From: Diplonema japonicum
Taxonomy: Eukaryota > Protista > Euglenozoa: Diplonemea
DNA length: 64,000 bases
Reading direction: 5' to 3'
Assembly (NCBI GenBank): GCA_964019335.1
Contig: OZ025677.1
Coordinates: 434,001 to 498,000 of the forward strand
The translations under genes were made by a program, and so were the position numbers. Positions 11,044-22,247 of the stretch are shown here, piece after piece. The notes beneath the pieces were generated by a model that searched no databases, had not been told where the DNA came from, and saw only the letters and a list, made by a program, of their open reading frames with translations. The first letter of the stretch is position 1. Each line of letters begins with the position of its first letter.

Positions 11044-13995
11044 TCAAACACTCCCTTTCTCGGGACATTTATATTTGAGGTCAAGCGTGCAACCTTCTTT
11101 CTTACCCCCTTCTTCCACCTTCCATCTGGCAATGGATGCGGCTTCATTCGAGCAAGAGACACGGGGCGCTGGTGGCCGAAGAAGCCTGCCTTTGTTCCCA
11201 TCCACCCCGCAAACCATGTTCAGTAAAAGGTCAGCTTTAGTGTTCTGCACCTTGGACCCGTAGTGGAATCCATCTTGTGTGTTCGTTTCAGCTGCCAAAG
11301 TTACATTGTAAACATCTAAGACGGGCGAACCAGTACAGGCGCCAACCATGTCGATGACCTCACGGAACACCGCAATTCTCTTCGGGGTGTAGCACGGGCA
11401 GAGAGCCGAGCATTTCTCGTCATCGATGTGGTGCATGTTCTGCAATATCAGCGGGGCGCTCTTTGGCAGCTTCGACTTGTAAAACAACACCTTTTTCTTC
11501 ATGGCTTCATAAAATACCTCGGCACCGCACCACCTCGGGCCTGCATCCCACATGCCCATCGACAGTGAGGCGAACTTTGCCTCGACAAGAAATTCGTCAT
11601 CTGTAGGTAAATGATGTGCCGTTGGTTCCTGTAACAATTTCAAAGGGACCATCTTCCCCATCACGAACCTCCCCGATGCTTCGGTACGGCGTCGCAGCAT
11701 GTTAAACACCTGCTCGCCTATCGAATCCCCTATTGCAACGAAAGGTTTCGCTGCTAGGCATTCGTACGTTTCAACCGCTGTGTACTGGTGCAGTGAGCAC
11801 TTGGAAGGGACCCACCCGTGTTTTTCAAGGCTTCCCGGGTATAGATCGTCGCCTGACAGGCATCGCTCTCTGGTGTCTTGAACCTTTTCATTCTGTGCTT
11901 TCCTCGCTTCGCGTCTCAAAGCCCCGATGTGTTCATTGAACCTGCGAAGTGCGGCGCCATTGTCGTTGGTGCACCCCATGTCGTTTTGGTAGTCGGGGCA
12001 TCCTGGGCTGAATGAAACGGCTTCTTTGACTTGTTTCCATCTTGCAAGAGCCGCTGATTCGTCGCACGCTACAGGCGGGAACCATGGCTTCAAACGGTCC
12101 GTTTCATTGAGATGCGGACCGCACATCATGTTCATCAGCATGTTCACCTTCGGGCGGATTACAGGCTCGTCATAATGCACACCGTCATGTGTGTGTGCCT
12201 CGCCTTTCATTGTTAAGGGGTAGGTGTCGACCATTCCTACCCCAGTGCATACGGAGGCCATTTGAAGCATTTCTCGGTAAACGCGGACTTTCTCTTGTGG
12301 GTTGCACATTCTGACCCATTTTAGGTCTGATTTTATGGTGTTGATGTTGTGCAGGTTGTGGATGACCAGCCTCGCTGTGGGTTTCAGCATTCGTTTATAC
12401 TTTAAAACCTTTTCCTTCAGCTTGTAGTAGAAATCATCCAGTCCACACCAGTGCACACCAATGTCCCACATGCCGAATGACAGTGCTGCAAACTCCACTT
12501 CTTGCGTCACATAGTTGTGAAGATCGATCCCGGACTTGGACGTTGTTAAGTTCGTAGATTGCATGGAAGGGGACCATACAACCTTCGTGTAGCTGGGGCC
12601 CTGCTCTGAGCTGCGCTTCATGTTGTAGACAAGTTGTTCGCCAAGGGAGTCGCCGATGGCGGCGTATGGGTACCGCTTGATGCATTTCGCGACCTCCTTC
12701 AAGGTGTAAAAATGAAGCTTGCATTTATCGGGTTTCCATCGAGAGTCCACCAAATTCCCCGGAAAGAGTTCCTCATGTCGCGTGCAAAAGGGCAGGGCGT
12801 CCTCTTTTACCCTTTCATCGGTAGTTATTTTTAATTCTTCTTCCTTCTTGTGTCTGATATATCTCTCAGCAGAGGCACCGTTGTCACCTGGACAGCCGTA
12901 CTTGTTGGCCCAGTCAGGGCACCCTTCGGAAAGCTTGTTCGCAACAGGGTCCACTCGCCATCTTGCTTTCGCATCTTCTTCGTTGCACTGGATGTTAGGA
13001 TGCCAAGCTGCTAGCTTGCCGTTTCCTTTGCCGTCTATGCCGCACATCATGTTCAGCAGAATGTCTGTCTTCGGCTGCACGACAGGGCGCTTGTAGTGCA
13101 ACCCGTCTATGGAGAAGTTCCTACCCTCCTTTGTGAGCGGGTAGGTGTCGATCATGCCAAGCCCTGTGCAGGCTGCAACCATCTGGACGATCTCCCTGTA
13201 TACTGTCACCTTCTGGATGGGGTTGCACGTTCTGCACCACGCAAGCTTCTTGGGGCACTTCTCGGGGTGGATGTAGTGCAGGTTATGGATGAGGAGTGTT
13301 GCGGAGGGCTTGAGCAGCGCCTTGTACCGCAGCACCTTTGCTTTGAGCTGGTCGTAAAAGGTATCGGTGCCGCACCAATGCACACCAATGTCCCACGCCC
13401 CTAGGGAGAGCGTGACAAAATCCGACTGTTCAAGAAATGCAACCTGATTCTTCCCGTTACGGTCTGAAAGGTAGTACGGGACAACAGTACTGGGCGACCA
13501 TATGTACCGCATGGGTAGGTTGGTGGTGTTGAGGTTCTCTATGATGGTCTTAGAAAGCTGTTCGCCGATTGAATCTCCGATCCCAACATACGAGACTGAG
13601 GCAAGACAAGCAGCAGTCATTTCAGGAGAGTATTGTGTTAGCCGGCATTTGTGAGGGGACCAGGAAGGCTTATCAGATAGGTCGCCCGGCCATAAAGCAG
13701 CGTTAGCCGCACATTCATTAATACGACTGACTGCTGTTTCAGCTGTCAGCAGTCCTAACTGTGCAGTGTGTGAAGGTTTAGCTTGGTGCGCGTGGACGGA
13801 AGAAGGTACTATCCGCGGCTTCTTCCGCGACCCGATAATCAGTAGAACGTTCTCTTGCTTTGAGGAATGTGGTGCCGGTGGGACTCCCTCCATTCCTGTT
13901 GTATCGTGGAGAAATGCCGGTGTGCTCTTCAGCAGCGCGAAGAAAGACCATGTGATCAGCGCGCCGAGCAAGAAGGAGAACTTGCTCAGCTGCAT
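11044..13995 (-). CDS. Type II membrane protein with three tandem SGNH/PC-esterase-like (TBL/NXPE-type) O-acyltransferase/esterase domains
   Basis: 983 aa, N-terminal TM. Three repeats, each with W.P.KC.L..Y, IGDS and DG(L/V/F)HY. Confidence 0.8.
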   Translation of the reverse strand: MQLSKFSFLLGALITWSFFALLKSTPAFLHDTTGMEGVPPAPHSSKQENVLLIIGSRKKPRIVPSSVHAHQAKPSHTAQLGLLTAETAVSRINECAANAALWPGDLSDKPSWSPHKCRLTQYSPEMTAACLASVSYVGIGDSIGEQLSKTIIENLNTTNLPMRYIWSPSTVVPYYLSDRNGKNQVAFLEQSDFVTLSLGAWDIGVHWCGTDTFYDQLKAKVLRYKALLKPSATLLIHNLHYIHPEKCPKKLAWCRTCNPIQKVTVYREIVQMVAACTGLGMIDTYPLTKEGRNFSIDGLHYKRPVVQPKTDILLNMMCGIDGKGNGKLAAWHPNIQCNEEDAKARWRVDPVANKLSEGCPDWANKYGCPGDNGASAERYIRHKKEEELKITTDERVKEDALPFCTRHEELFPGNLVDSRWKPDKCKLHFYTLKEVAKCIKRYPYAAIGDSLGEQLVYNMKRSSEQGPSYTKVVWSPSMQSTNLTTSKSGIDLHNYVTQEVEFAALSFGMWDIGVHWCGLDDFYYKLKEKVLKYKRMLKPTARLVIHNLHNINTIKSDLKWVRMCNPQEKVRVYREMLQMASVCTGVGMVDTYPLTMKGEAHTHDGVHYDEPVIRPKVNMLMNMMCGPHLNETDRLKPWFPPVACDESAALARWKQVKEAVSFSPGCPDYQNDMGCTNDNGAALRRFNEHIGALRREARKAQNEKVQDTRERCLSGDDLYPGSLEKHGWVPSKCSLHQYTAVETYECLAAKPFVAIGDSIGEQVFNMLRRRTEASGRFVMGKMVPLKLLQEPTAHHLPTDDEFLVEAKFASLSMGMWDAGPRWCGAEVFYEAMKKKVLFYKSKLPKSAPLILQNMHHIDDEKCSALCPCYTPKRIAVFREVIDMVGACTGSPVLDVYNVTLAAETNTQDGFHYGSKVQNTKADLLLNMVCGVDGNKGRLLRPPAPRVSCSNEAASIARWKVEEGGKKEGCTLDLKYKCPEKGSV

Positions 13996-14218
13996 AAATT
14001 ATTTTCTTTTAAAATTCTCTTTTCTTTTTTTTTTTTATTTGTCGTTTCTCGTGGTGTATTGAACGCGTGCAAAAAGAAATGGTAAAAAATGTACTACAAT
14101 TTGATAAGACTGGTTTTTTAGGATTTGGAGTGAACAAAAAAATCTAAAGTGTGGTTTTCTTTTTTTTTTTTTTTTCCAGCGTGGATTCTAGTTGAAGGGG
14201 GAAGAAAAAAAAAAAAAA

Positions 14219-14329
14219 GGAACTGGCCGTTGTTTTTTTGTACGTGCCGGGGTTGAAACCTGAAGAAGTTTTTAAACACGTTGCCAACGTTCCCCTTTTG
14301 TTTAGGCGAGTCAAAAGACTCGTTTCTTG
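14219..14329 (+). repeat. Dispersed repeat family A (~125 bp)
   Basis: ggaactggccgttg...tacgtgccggg...aaacacgttgccaacgttccccttttgtttag...gtcaaaagactcgtttcttg. Confidence 0.85.
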
Positions 14330-14489
14330 TAAACAAAGTGACATCAACAAAAAGAAATGAACAGAAAAGACAAGCTCTAGAAAAGAAAAAGAAAATTGAA
14401 ATGTAACGTGATAAATTGAGAAAAAAAAAAACTCTAACCCTGTGCTCTGGTGGTCTGTAGGGTATCTAAAAACAAAAACAAAAAAAAAA

Positions 14490-14580
14490 GAGGAATTGGC
14501 CGTTGTTTGTACGTGCCGGGTAAAACCTGGAGAAGTTTGTCAACCCGAAACACGTTGCCAACGTTCCCCTTTTGTTTAGA
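14490..14580 (+). repeat. Dispersed repeat family A
   Basis: Near-identical to the 25365 copy; 3' truncated. Confidence 0.85.
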
Positions 14581-14647
14581 AAAAAGTTTCCACCCTGACA
14601 AAAAGAATATCAACAAGGCCAAAAAAAAAAAAAAGGTGAACATATCT

Positions 14648-15877
14648 CTACCATCGGTCCCGCACAACCACCACTTGCTTCCCCAGTGCAAGACCGGCCA
14701 CAGGCCCTTGAACCGCAACATCATAGAGTACGAGGTCGAGCGGTGCTTCTATGACATGCCGCGCCTTAGGAGCAGTGGGGTGCATAACGTCAAACAACTT
14801 CAAATGACTGTCATCAGAGGAACTGGACACGTACAAGGAAGGACTTTGCAACGCGAGACCTGAACAGCAGTCACACGACACTGTGGAGAGCACACTGAGG
14901 GACCGGTCCATGATCACCAGCACCCCACGGGGCAGCGTGAAAAATGAAGACGGCTCCGGATCTGCTTTGCTTCCAATGACATAGACAACCCCACCACCAG
15001 CCACAACACGGGAGCACTCCATCCCTGCATACACTACATGAAGCACTTCAAAAGACGTTGGCGATCCCATCCTGCAAGACAGCACATCACTCCCTGCTAC
15101 AACTGCAGCGTAGTGGCCATCTACAGACACATCATTGACAGTATACCCGCCTAGACCGGCAACACGGCCTTTGTACAGCATACCGCCTTCCGGTGTGAGA
15201 GAGACACACAGCACACCGTGGATGCCGCATGATGCGTAAAGAACATTGCCATGTGTCGTGAGAGACAGAACGGGGTGCGGGAGAGGGGTGCTTGTTATTT
15301 GTGTTGTGGCCATTGAAAAGGCAGTCAGTACCCCTGTGGGGCCGGCGGCGTATATGTGTGTCTCTGTCATGGATATGCACAAGGCGTCACAGAAGAAGTT
15401 TATTTTGCGGGTTGTGAAGGAGAACTGTGGTGTTGGCCGAGAGACAAAGTCGACCGTTGTCCCGTCGGTGAGTGTTGTCGCTGAGATGAGGGCGTCGGTG
15501 GGCAGCAGGAGACCTTTGTGATACAGGTGGAAGGCTTCTTTAAAAGTTCCAGCTCGTTTATCGATTTTGTCTTTTAGTGCCAAGACTGTGTCTTCTGTAC
15601 CAATGTCCACTGTGACCCACACACCGCACCCTATGACGCACAGGCTGTACTGTTGGTTAAGTCTTTTTCGTTCTCGGATCCCCTCGTCTTCTTTCCGCTC
15701 GGGGCTACGCTGTCTTTTCAAGGAGCCCTCTTGCATTTCTTCGTCTGACGAGCACCCCCAGTTCCATTGCCACTGTCGTTCTGATGAAATCTCCCGTTTC
15801 ACGTGCTTGTAAGAAGTTCGACTTTGCCTGCGTTCTGGTGTAGCGCTCCGGCTCCTCTTCACCGAGCCTTCGTACAT
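14648..15877 (-). CDS. Ubiquitin-like domain + beta-propeller protein with RS-rich N-terminus
   Basis: 409 aa. UBL signature (VDIGTEDTVLALKDKI...LYHKGLLL...LTDGTTVDFV) followed by beta-rich blades. Confidence 0.7.
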   Translation of the reverse strand: MYEGSVKRSRSATPERRQSRTSYKHVKREISSERQWQWNWGCSSDEEMQEGSLKRQRSPERKEDEGIRERKRLNQQYSLCVIGCGVWVTVDIGTEDTVLALKDKIDKRAGTFKEAFHLYHKGLLLPTDALISATTLTDGTTVDFVSRPTPQFSFTTRKINFFCDALCISMTETHIYAAGPTGVLTAFSMATTQITSTPLPHPVLSLTTHGNVLYASCGIHGVLCVSLTPEGGMLYKGRVAGLGGYTVNDVSVDGHYAAVVAGSDVLSCRMGSPTSFEVLHVVYAGMECSRVVAGGGVVYVIGSKADPEPSSFFTLPRGVLVIMDRSLSVLSTVSCDCCSGLALQSPSLYVSSSSDDSHLKLFDVMHPTAPKARHVIEAPLDLVLYDVAVQGPVAGLALGKQVVVVRDRW

Positions 15878-16261
15878 TCTTTCTTTTTTTTTCTTTTTTT
15901 CCCCTCGTCAGGGGGTGGGAATAAAGATTTTTTTTTAAAAATAAAAGGGGGGGGAAATAATTTCAAAAAAGTCGCTCGTGTTTCTTTTTTTTTTTTCCCT
16001 CTTCCTCCCCTTGAAAAGGTGGCCTGGAAAAAAAAAAAAAAAAAAAAAATAGTCGATGTCACTCCAGGTGTTGTGAGGGCTGAATTCCTCTACGGGCCAA
16101 AAAAAGCCCCAGAAAGAAATACCAACCTGTGCACACTGCAACGAAATAAAATAGATAGATACATGTTTCCTTTCTTGCCGTACACAGCTTGTCTTGAAGA
16201 ATCGGGAAGGCTAAAAGAAAATGGATAAAAAAACTACCTTGTTCTTCAGGATTGGTGTTTT

Positions 16262-16297
<36 letters not shown>

Positions 16298-16927
16298 GGT
16301 GGGTGAAAGAAGTCACCTGAGCCTTCAAGAAGGGGAGAAAAAAGTTGTCTCGATTTTAGTGGTGCCATGCAGTATGTGACACAGCGGCCACCCTTGTGAA
16401 ACTTCGCCCCGAAGCCTCCCAAGTCCCCTGTGGTCCCGTAGAAAGTAAAAGTGGAGAGGTAAAGAAAGCTTGGAAATTGAAATAGGGAGAGGGGCCACAG
16501 AAGCAATTAAACACCAACTGGAGAGTTGTGGGATGCTTGCTTCACTGGCACGATGCCGCGGGGAGGCTACTTGCCTGACCTGGTGAAGCCACCTCCTTGT
16601 TCGATGTAATGGGATAAGGGACTCTCCGTTGAGGGCGATGCTAACTGGCGCCACGCGTAGGGTGGGCTCTCCACCCCCGTCCAGGTTTCCCCACGTGTAC
16701 GGCTTTAGAACGAGAGTTTCCCTTTCGCTTGTGTTTCTCCAAACCACAATTACCAGGAACCACCACAGGGAGGTTGAAAGAAAAAACAAGAATTATCAGA
16801 ATTATCGGTTACAAAAATAGATTTGTGAGTTAAAGGAAGTCTTTGCGAGACGCCCCCTTGATCTCATCTCCAAAAAAAGAATAACTGTTGTTACATAGCT
16901 CTCCTCTCAAAAAAAAAAATTAAAAAG

Positions 16928-17020
16928 GAGGAATTGTTTCGTACGTGACGGTGTTGAACAAATAGGGAAAGCTTAGCCCGTTAGCGAACGTTGGCAACGT
17001 CCCCCTTTTGTTTAGACAAG
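16928..17020 (+). repeat. Dispersed repeat family A, degenerate
   Basis: gaggaattg..gtacgtgacgg...aacgttggcaacgtcccccttttgtttagacaag. Confidence 0.65.
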
Positions 17021-17778
17021 AAGCGAAAAAAAGGGGGGGGAGGAGATTTTCTCTTTTTATTTTTATTTTCCTCGCTACCCTTATGTCAGTCAACATCTAG
17101 AAGGGGGGCAATCATTCAAAACTGTACCCGGGGGTAAGCGCCAGAAGTGGCGCCAAAAAAAAAGAAAAAAAAAAGAAAACATGGGCAAACGAAGCCAGGT
17201 TGACTATTCTCTATTCATTTTCTTTTTCTTAAAATAATTAAAGTCAAAAAAGAAAGAAGGAAAAATTTAAGAAGACGAAGGAGGCCAGTGTTGGCGCCCT
17301 GTTTAAAAGAAATTAGGTTTTACATTATTTAAGCTCGCACTTCTTTGCTAGCGAAAAAAAAACTAAAATAATACTTTGCTGTATTGTTGCGCAAAAAGAA
17401 TTAACTTCTGCCTCTTCTCTTTTTTTCTTTTTCAGATTTCTTTTTCTTTTTTTTAAAGAGTGCGGCCAGGGTCCAATTCTCTAAACAAAAAAGAAGAAAA
17501 CCACGGGAGCTGTACATTAGCACGGCACTCCCTACTCTTGGTAGAATGGGAGGAAATTAGGAGCGTATTCTTTTTTTTCCTTTTCTTTCTTTTTTTTTTT
17601 GTTTCTTTTCAAAACATAGTTTTTCGTGTCGAGAAAAAGCTCCTTTTCTTTTTTCTTTTTTTTAAAAGTTGTATCAAAAATGTAGAAAGGCAAGGCTTAG
17701 CCCTTTTGGCTAGCCCCTTCGGGAGAAAAAATGAAATTGGATAGAAAAAGAAAAGAAGAAAAAACTGTTGTTACAAAC

Positions 17779-17825
<47 letters not shown>

Positions 17826-18024
17826 AGAATGGGCGAAAATGATTATGGGAGAGATTGACACACGCACACACACACACAAACACTTCTATTTTTCTTTTCT
17901 TCTTCTTTAAAAATCGATATATCTTACACCTGCTGCATTTACTCTCCCTTCTTTTTTTTGAGTTGGTGCTCTGTTCACCATTACTTGGGAACCTTTTGAG
18001 AACAAAAAAAAAAAAAAAAAAAAA

Positions 18025-18087
18025 GAAACACGTTGCCAACGTTTACGTTTCCCTTTTATTTAGACAAGTCAAAGACTCGTTCTTGCA
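18025..18087 (+). repeat. Dispersed repeat family A, 3' half
   Basis: gaaacacgttgccaacgtt...tttagacaagtcaaagactcgttcttgc followed by an A run. Confidence 0.8.
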
Positions 18088-18314
18088 GGAAAAAAAAAAA
18101 AAAAAAAGAATCAACTGGCGCGGGACTCGGAAAGGCGGGGTTCAGTTGGGGGGGAAAGAAAAAGTGGACTTTGCTAAAAAAAAGAAGCTCTGGAATAGGT
18201 GCCCGCCTAGGACGGTATTCTGCATCCAGACCCGGTCGCAAAGTTCCCGAAAAAACCCGAGTTCCCGTTTAAAAAAAAACAAATTGTTGAGGTTACCATT
18301 TCTTTTTTTATTAA

Positions 18315-20058
18315 CCCATAACACTCCAAGGCGCAAATATTTGTCGTTTTGAAAAATCGTTTTTTTCTCTAAGTACTTTTTCGTCCCCACGACCCCTGGA
18401 TCTCCAAGAACGACTATAGTGAGGAGTTATTTTCAACTGCAATTCATGCTGCACTCACTTTACCTTGTTATCACCAAGTGGGTCCCAAATCCGAGTAGAT
18501 AGGCTAAAAACGCAAAATAACGGGTGTGCATACTGTGCGCAAATTGTTCCCAAAAAACGCAAAGGTAAAGCCAAAACAGCTACGGACGAGGTCCAACCTT
18601 CATGGGTAAGGGAGTTGGTACCCATAGAGACCATAAAATAGGCCTGTGGGGAGAAAAAAAGCTGTCCCGTGGTACGCAGAAACCTGACGACGCAAAATGG
18701 TTATTCCTTCGGTTTTTTTATAAGAAGCTAACAGACGTCATCCAAGAAGAGACAAACGGCAAAAGGACGCTGAGATTGATAAAATTTCGACCCAAGACTC
18801 CACCGCTTACTCGGATTGAGCATTGCGATGGGTTTACGGCGTGCCCAGAATCAGCAGTCGTATTGGTCCACAGGACCCATGAAAATCCCCCTTTTCAGTA
18901 ACACGATGCCCAGGAGACGCTACTGGGAAATCAAAAGTAGCCTCCACTTCACTCACACAGAAGAGTCAAACGGTGATGTGTTGTGAAGATACGGGGGTTT
19001 CTGGACAGAATTGGTGACAAGTGGGCAAAAGCAGCAGTGCCAGGAAAATATTTAAGCATTGACGGGACACTCGTACCTTCACGGGGCAATTGCACTACCA
19101 TATTTGGGGGCTGCGGGTCTACTGTCCTTTCAAGCGTAAAAGATATGGCATAAAAATCTACTGCCTAAACTGCGCGAGCACGGGTTATCTTTTGCGTTTC
19201 ACATCCACACCACCAAAATCGAGGGGCACGCACTTGAAGATTTCAGTGTTGTGGAAAAGGCGGGGCTGGGGTTAACAGAGCCTTTGCGGGGAAATGACAA
19301 CACGGTAGTTTGCGATAGCTACTTTTCGACTGGGTCTGGCCGAAGCCCTGCTGTGAGGGGCTTGCATTTCGTTGGGTGTTGCGGACTCTTCTGGTGGCCC
19401 CAGAAGTGACAATAGTTAACTGCCATGCATTTCAAATAAAATATGGTTCAGGGATGCCAAAGAGATACACAACCCTGGCTGCTTTAAAGAGCGCTTTCGA
19501 GAGAGCCTAATTGATGGGTCCAACGTTGCAAAAACACCACTCCCGGCACCCAACTAGTGGTGCACACACACCCGATACCCCAGATTACTACCGCTAGCCA
19601 CTCAAAGGGGGCACCTCCAGGGTCTGCAGGTTGAAAGGATGCACAAAACGCACAATCTACAAATGCTACACCTGAAACCAACACCTCTGTCCAAATAAGT
19701 GCTTTTTTCGTACTACTCTTCCGTCACCCCAAAAAGGCCTCTTGACGATTTCGAGGCCGATATTCCACCCGCAAAGAGGCACTTCTCTCGGTCTGAGACA
19801 TGTGAGGGGTCCTGATGCCTTTTTTGTCCCAGGATGCTCAATTTACACCCCCCCGTGCACAACCCATTTTGACATGGTCGTTTTTGAGCACCCTACGGCC
19901 ATTCAACTCTTCATAATTTTTGAACTTTTTTTTTAATTCTCCTGGTCCAAGAAACCCGTTTTACCTGCAAACGGGGGTTGAGTGCTGCCATTTCCCCCCT
20001 CAGATTATGAAGGAGCAAAAAAGGGACCCTATGTAGATAGGCCCCGGAGTGTTATGGG
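18315..20058 (+). mobile_element. Decayed piggyBac DNA transposon
   Basis: TTAA|cccataacactcc ... ggagtgttatggg|TTAA (13-bp TIR, TTAA TSD). Disrupted transposase fragments MPRRRYWEIKSSLHF, KYLSIDGTLVP, KRYGIKIYCLNCASTGYLLRF. Confidence 0.9.
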
Positions 20059-20584
20059 TTAATCAAACAAACAATAGTTGTTAAAACGCGCTGCTGCTGC
20101 GACCAAGAAAGAAGAAGGACGGTAAGTGGAAAGCTGGCTTTTCCTTTGTTAAAAAAAAAATGATAATCAGACTTGCTTTCTTTGTGCCGAGTAAAGAATT
20201 TACTTCTGCAGGCTAAAGATTTACCTTTGCTTTTCCGAACATCGAAAACAAGACAAGTTCTTTTTTACCATATTATGTTAGACTGCTCAATTTCTTCCTA
20301 GAAAATTCGAAAGAAAAATAGAGAAGAAGAAAAAAAAAAAAAAGAAGCCTTTTTTCTTTCTTTTTTTTGAGGATATTTGGACTAAAGACAAAAACGGGGG
20401 AAAAAAAAAAGCTTTTTTTTCTTCCACGTCGCAAAAAATTACCTTTCTCCAAAAGACTGATTCCCTCCCTCAATTATTTCCATGTTACTCCTGTACCTGA
20501 AGGACAGCTTACAGGGCACAGGATTTCAGAAAGGGCAGTACTAAAAAAGATAAAGAAAGTCGACAATATCTTTTTTTTTTGACT

Positions 20585-20674
20585 TTCTGTCGTGGTTGTT
20601 GTGCCTTAGGCCCGTTGAAGTATCTATTCAGCAACTTGGCGTGACACCAACTAGTGAGTTAAGAATGTAGTTCG
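20585..20674 (-). mobile_element. Short remnant of the LINE 3' end found at 22248-22365
   Basis: ttctgtcgtgg...gtgccttaggcccgt...tcagcaacttggcgtgacaccaactag matches 22249-22340. Confidence 0.7.
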
Positions 20675-20759
20675 CTTTACTTAAAAAGGCGGGGGATGGG
20701 GGGGGTACACGGGATAAAAAAGAAACAGAAAACAAAAAAAAAAAAAACAAAAAAAAAAT

Positions 20760-21563
20760 TCATGAAATTACACAGCAACAGGGAGTCTCGTCCAAGTTAT
20801 CAAACTTCTTATCGACTGGTCCAAGGAGGGACTTCACGATCCAGTCACCCTTTGTAAAGCGGAGCCTACCTGTCTTACGCACCTGCTTGAGCTCTGACTG
20901 GTAATCATCAGTCACGTCAAGGGCAGGGTTCTTCTTGTCGAGCTTGTCAAGCCACGAGACAGAGTCAGCATCGTCAGTGCACGCCATGATCTGGATGTGG
21001 TACTTATTGCTCATCATATTATTGAGGGTTCCAATGACCTGGTGGATAGATTCGTCGGGTTGGCCGTCGGTTGCTACTATGCACAAACACTTCCGTTCGT
21101 TCTTCGGTCCGCGTGAGTTGAAAATGCTTTCAAGTGTCCTGCCTAGAGGAGTCGTACCCTGCGGGGGTCTTGTAAAGGATTCGACAAGACGTGGGTCAGA
21201 TGGGGAGGCTACCCCTGGGATGCCCTGTCTATTGAGGAAGTACACGTCTATAGGGAACCGCACGATGCAAGTGGTGATCTCAAGGAGAAGGTTCACCGTG
21301 GAGCGCAGCTCGTCCCACCTCGTCAGTATGGGCTCTCCGAGCCGGCGTTTCTTCGCTGGGATCGCCCCGCACTGCATTGACCCGGAGTCATCCAACACCA
21401 GCACCACATCGTAGTCCTCTAGGATGGCTAGCTTGTCCCTTGTTGCGATGGTCACGCTGTACTTGTTAAGCAACAGGTCCAACCGCCTCATTTTATCGTT
21501 GTAGTTGTCATGCACCGGCATCAGTGACATCATTGGCGCGCTTGCGTTCGCATACGAGGACAT
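20760..21563 (-). CDS. vWA (MIDAS) domain protein with C-terminal CaaX-like motif, paralog 1
   Basis: Start MSSYANASAP at 21563, matching the paralog N-terminus. DDSGSM, T, ATDG MIDAS residues; ends CCCVIS. Confidence 0.85.
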   Translation of the reverse strand: MSSYANASAPMMSLMPVHDNYNDKMRRLDLLLNKYSVTIATRDKLAILEDYDVVLVLDDSGSMQCGAIPAKKRRLGEPILTRWDELRSTVNLLLEITTCIVRFPIDVYFLNRQGIPGVASPSDPRLVESFTRPPQGTTPLGRTLESIFNSRGPKNERKCLCIVATDGQPDESIHQVIGTLNNMMSNKYHIQIMACTDDADSVSWLDKLDKKNPALDVTDDYQSELKQVRKTGRLRFTKGDWIVKSLLGPVDKKFDNLDETPCCCVIS

Positions 21564-21727
21564 TTCTTGGGGGGTTTTCTTTTTTTTTTTTTTTGTTTTC
21601 CCTTTTTTCTTTGTTTTGTTCACAAGTGCAAAAAGAAAGAAAAAAAAAGAGAAAACAAAAACAGAAGAAAAATAACTATGATGGTTAGCAACGGCCCACC
21701 AACAAATTTCTTTTGTTTTTTTTTTTA

Positions 21728-22054
21728 AGGTGGTGGGGATAGCATGGAAATATAAGAAGTACATCAGATGTGTTGTTCGCTGTTGACCTCCTCGTCGGTC
21801 ATCACCGGTAGCGCCCGAGTGGAAGAACGTAACGCAGATGCTCAGGGTGACGAACAGGCAGCAAACTGCACGAGCGCAGAATCTTGGTTACCCGGGACGC
21901 CCCGGCTAGGGTTGAGCACACCGCACGCATTAAGGACACGACGCGGAACGCAGAAGAAGCTACAACTCGGCCGAGGAGCGCCCCCTGTAATCAAGTAGGT
22001 AGTTCTTGCTTCATTGCACGCTTAACGCCACCTAGTGTTGCAATCAAAGCCCCA
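21728..22054 (+). repeat. Dispersed repeat family B (~330 bp, probable non-autonomous element)
   Basis: Highly similar to the reverse complement of 50133-50459. Confidence 0.9.
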
Positions 22055-22247
22055 TTTTTTTTTTCGATAAAAATTTCAGTGTGCATGGGGGTGCTCACTG
22101 TTAAAGAAAAACTATTGTTGAGGAGAGAGAAGTGGAAAGAGAGGGGGGGGGGGGGGAGAAAAGAAAGGAAAAAAAAAAGATGTCTTTGAGGGAACCTGCA
22201 GTATGTGACAGGATCGCCTAACGACAATCAACTCTAGTGTTTGATCC

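Noticed and set aside
7326-11263. Poly-Lys/poly-Phe ORFs here and throughout intergenic DNA
   Set aside because: Translations of homopolymer runs.
21768-21998. Recurrent 76-aa ORF MCCSLLTSSS... (also 50189, 52860)
   Set aside because: Lies within repeat family B in both orientations; conservation reflects copy age, not coding.
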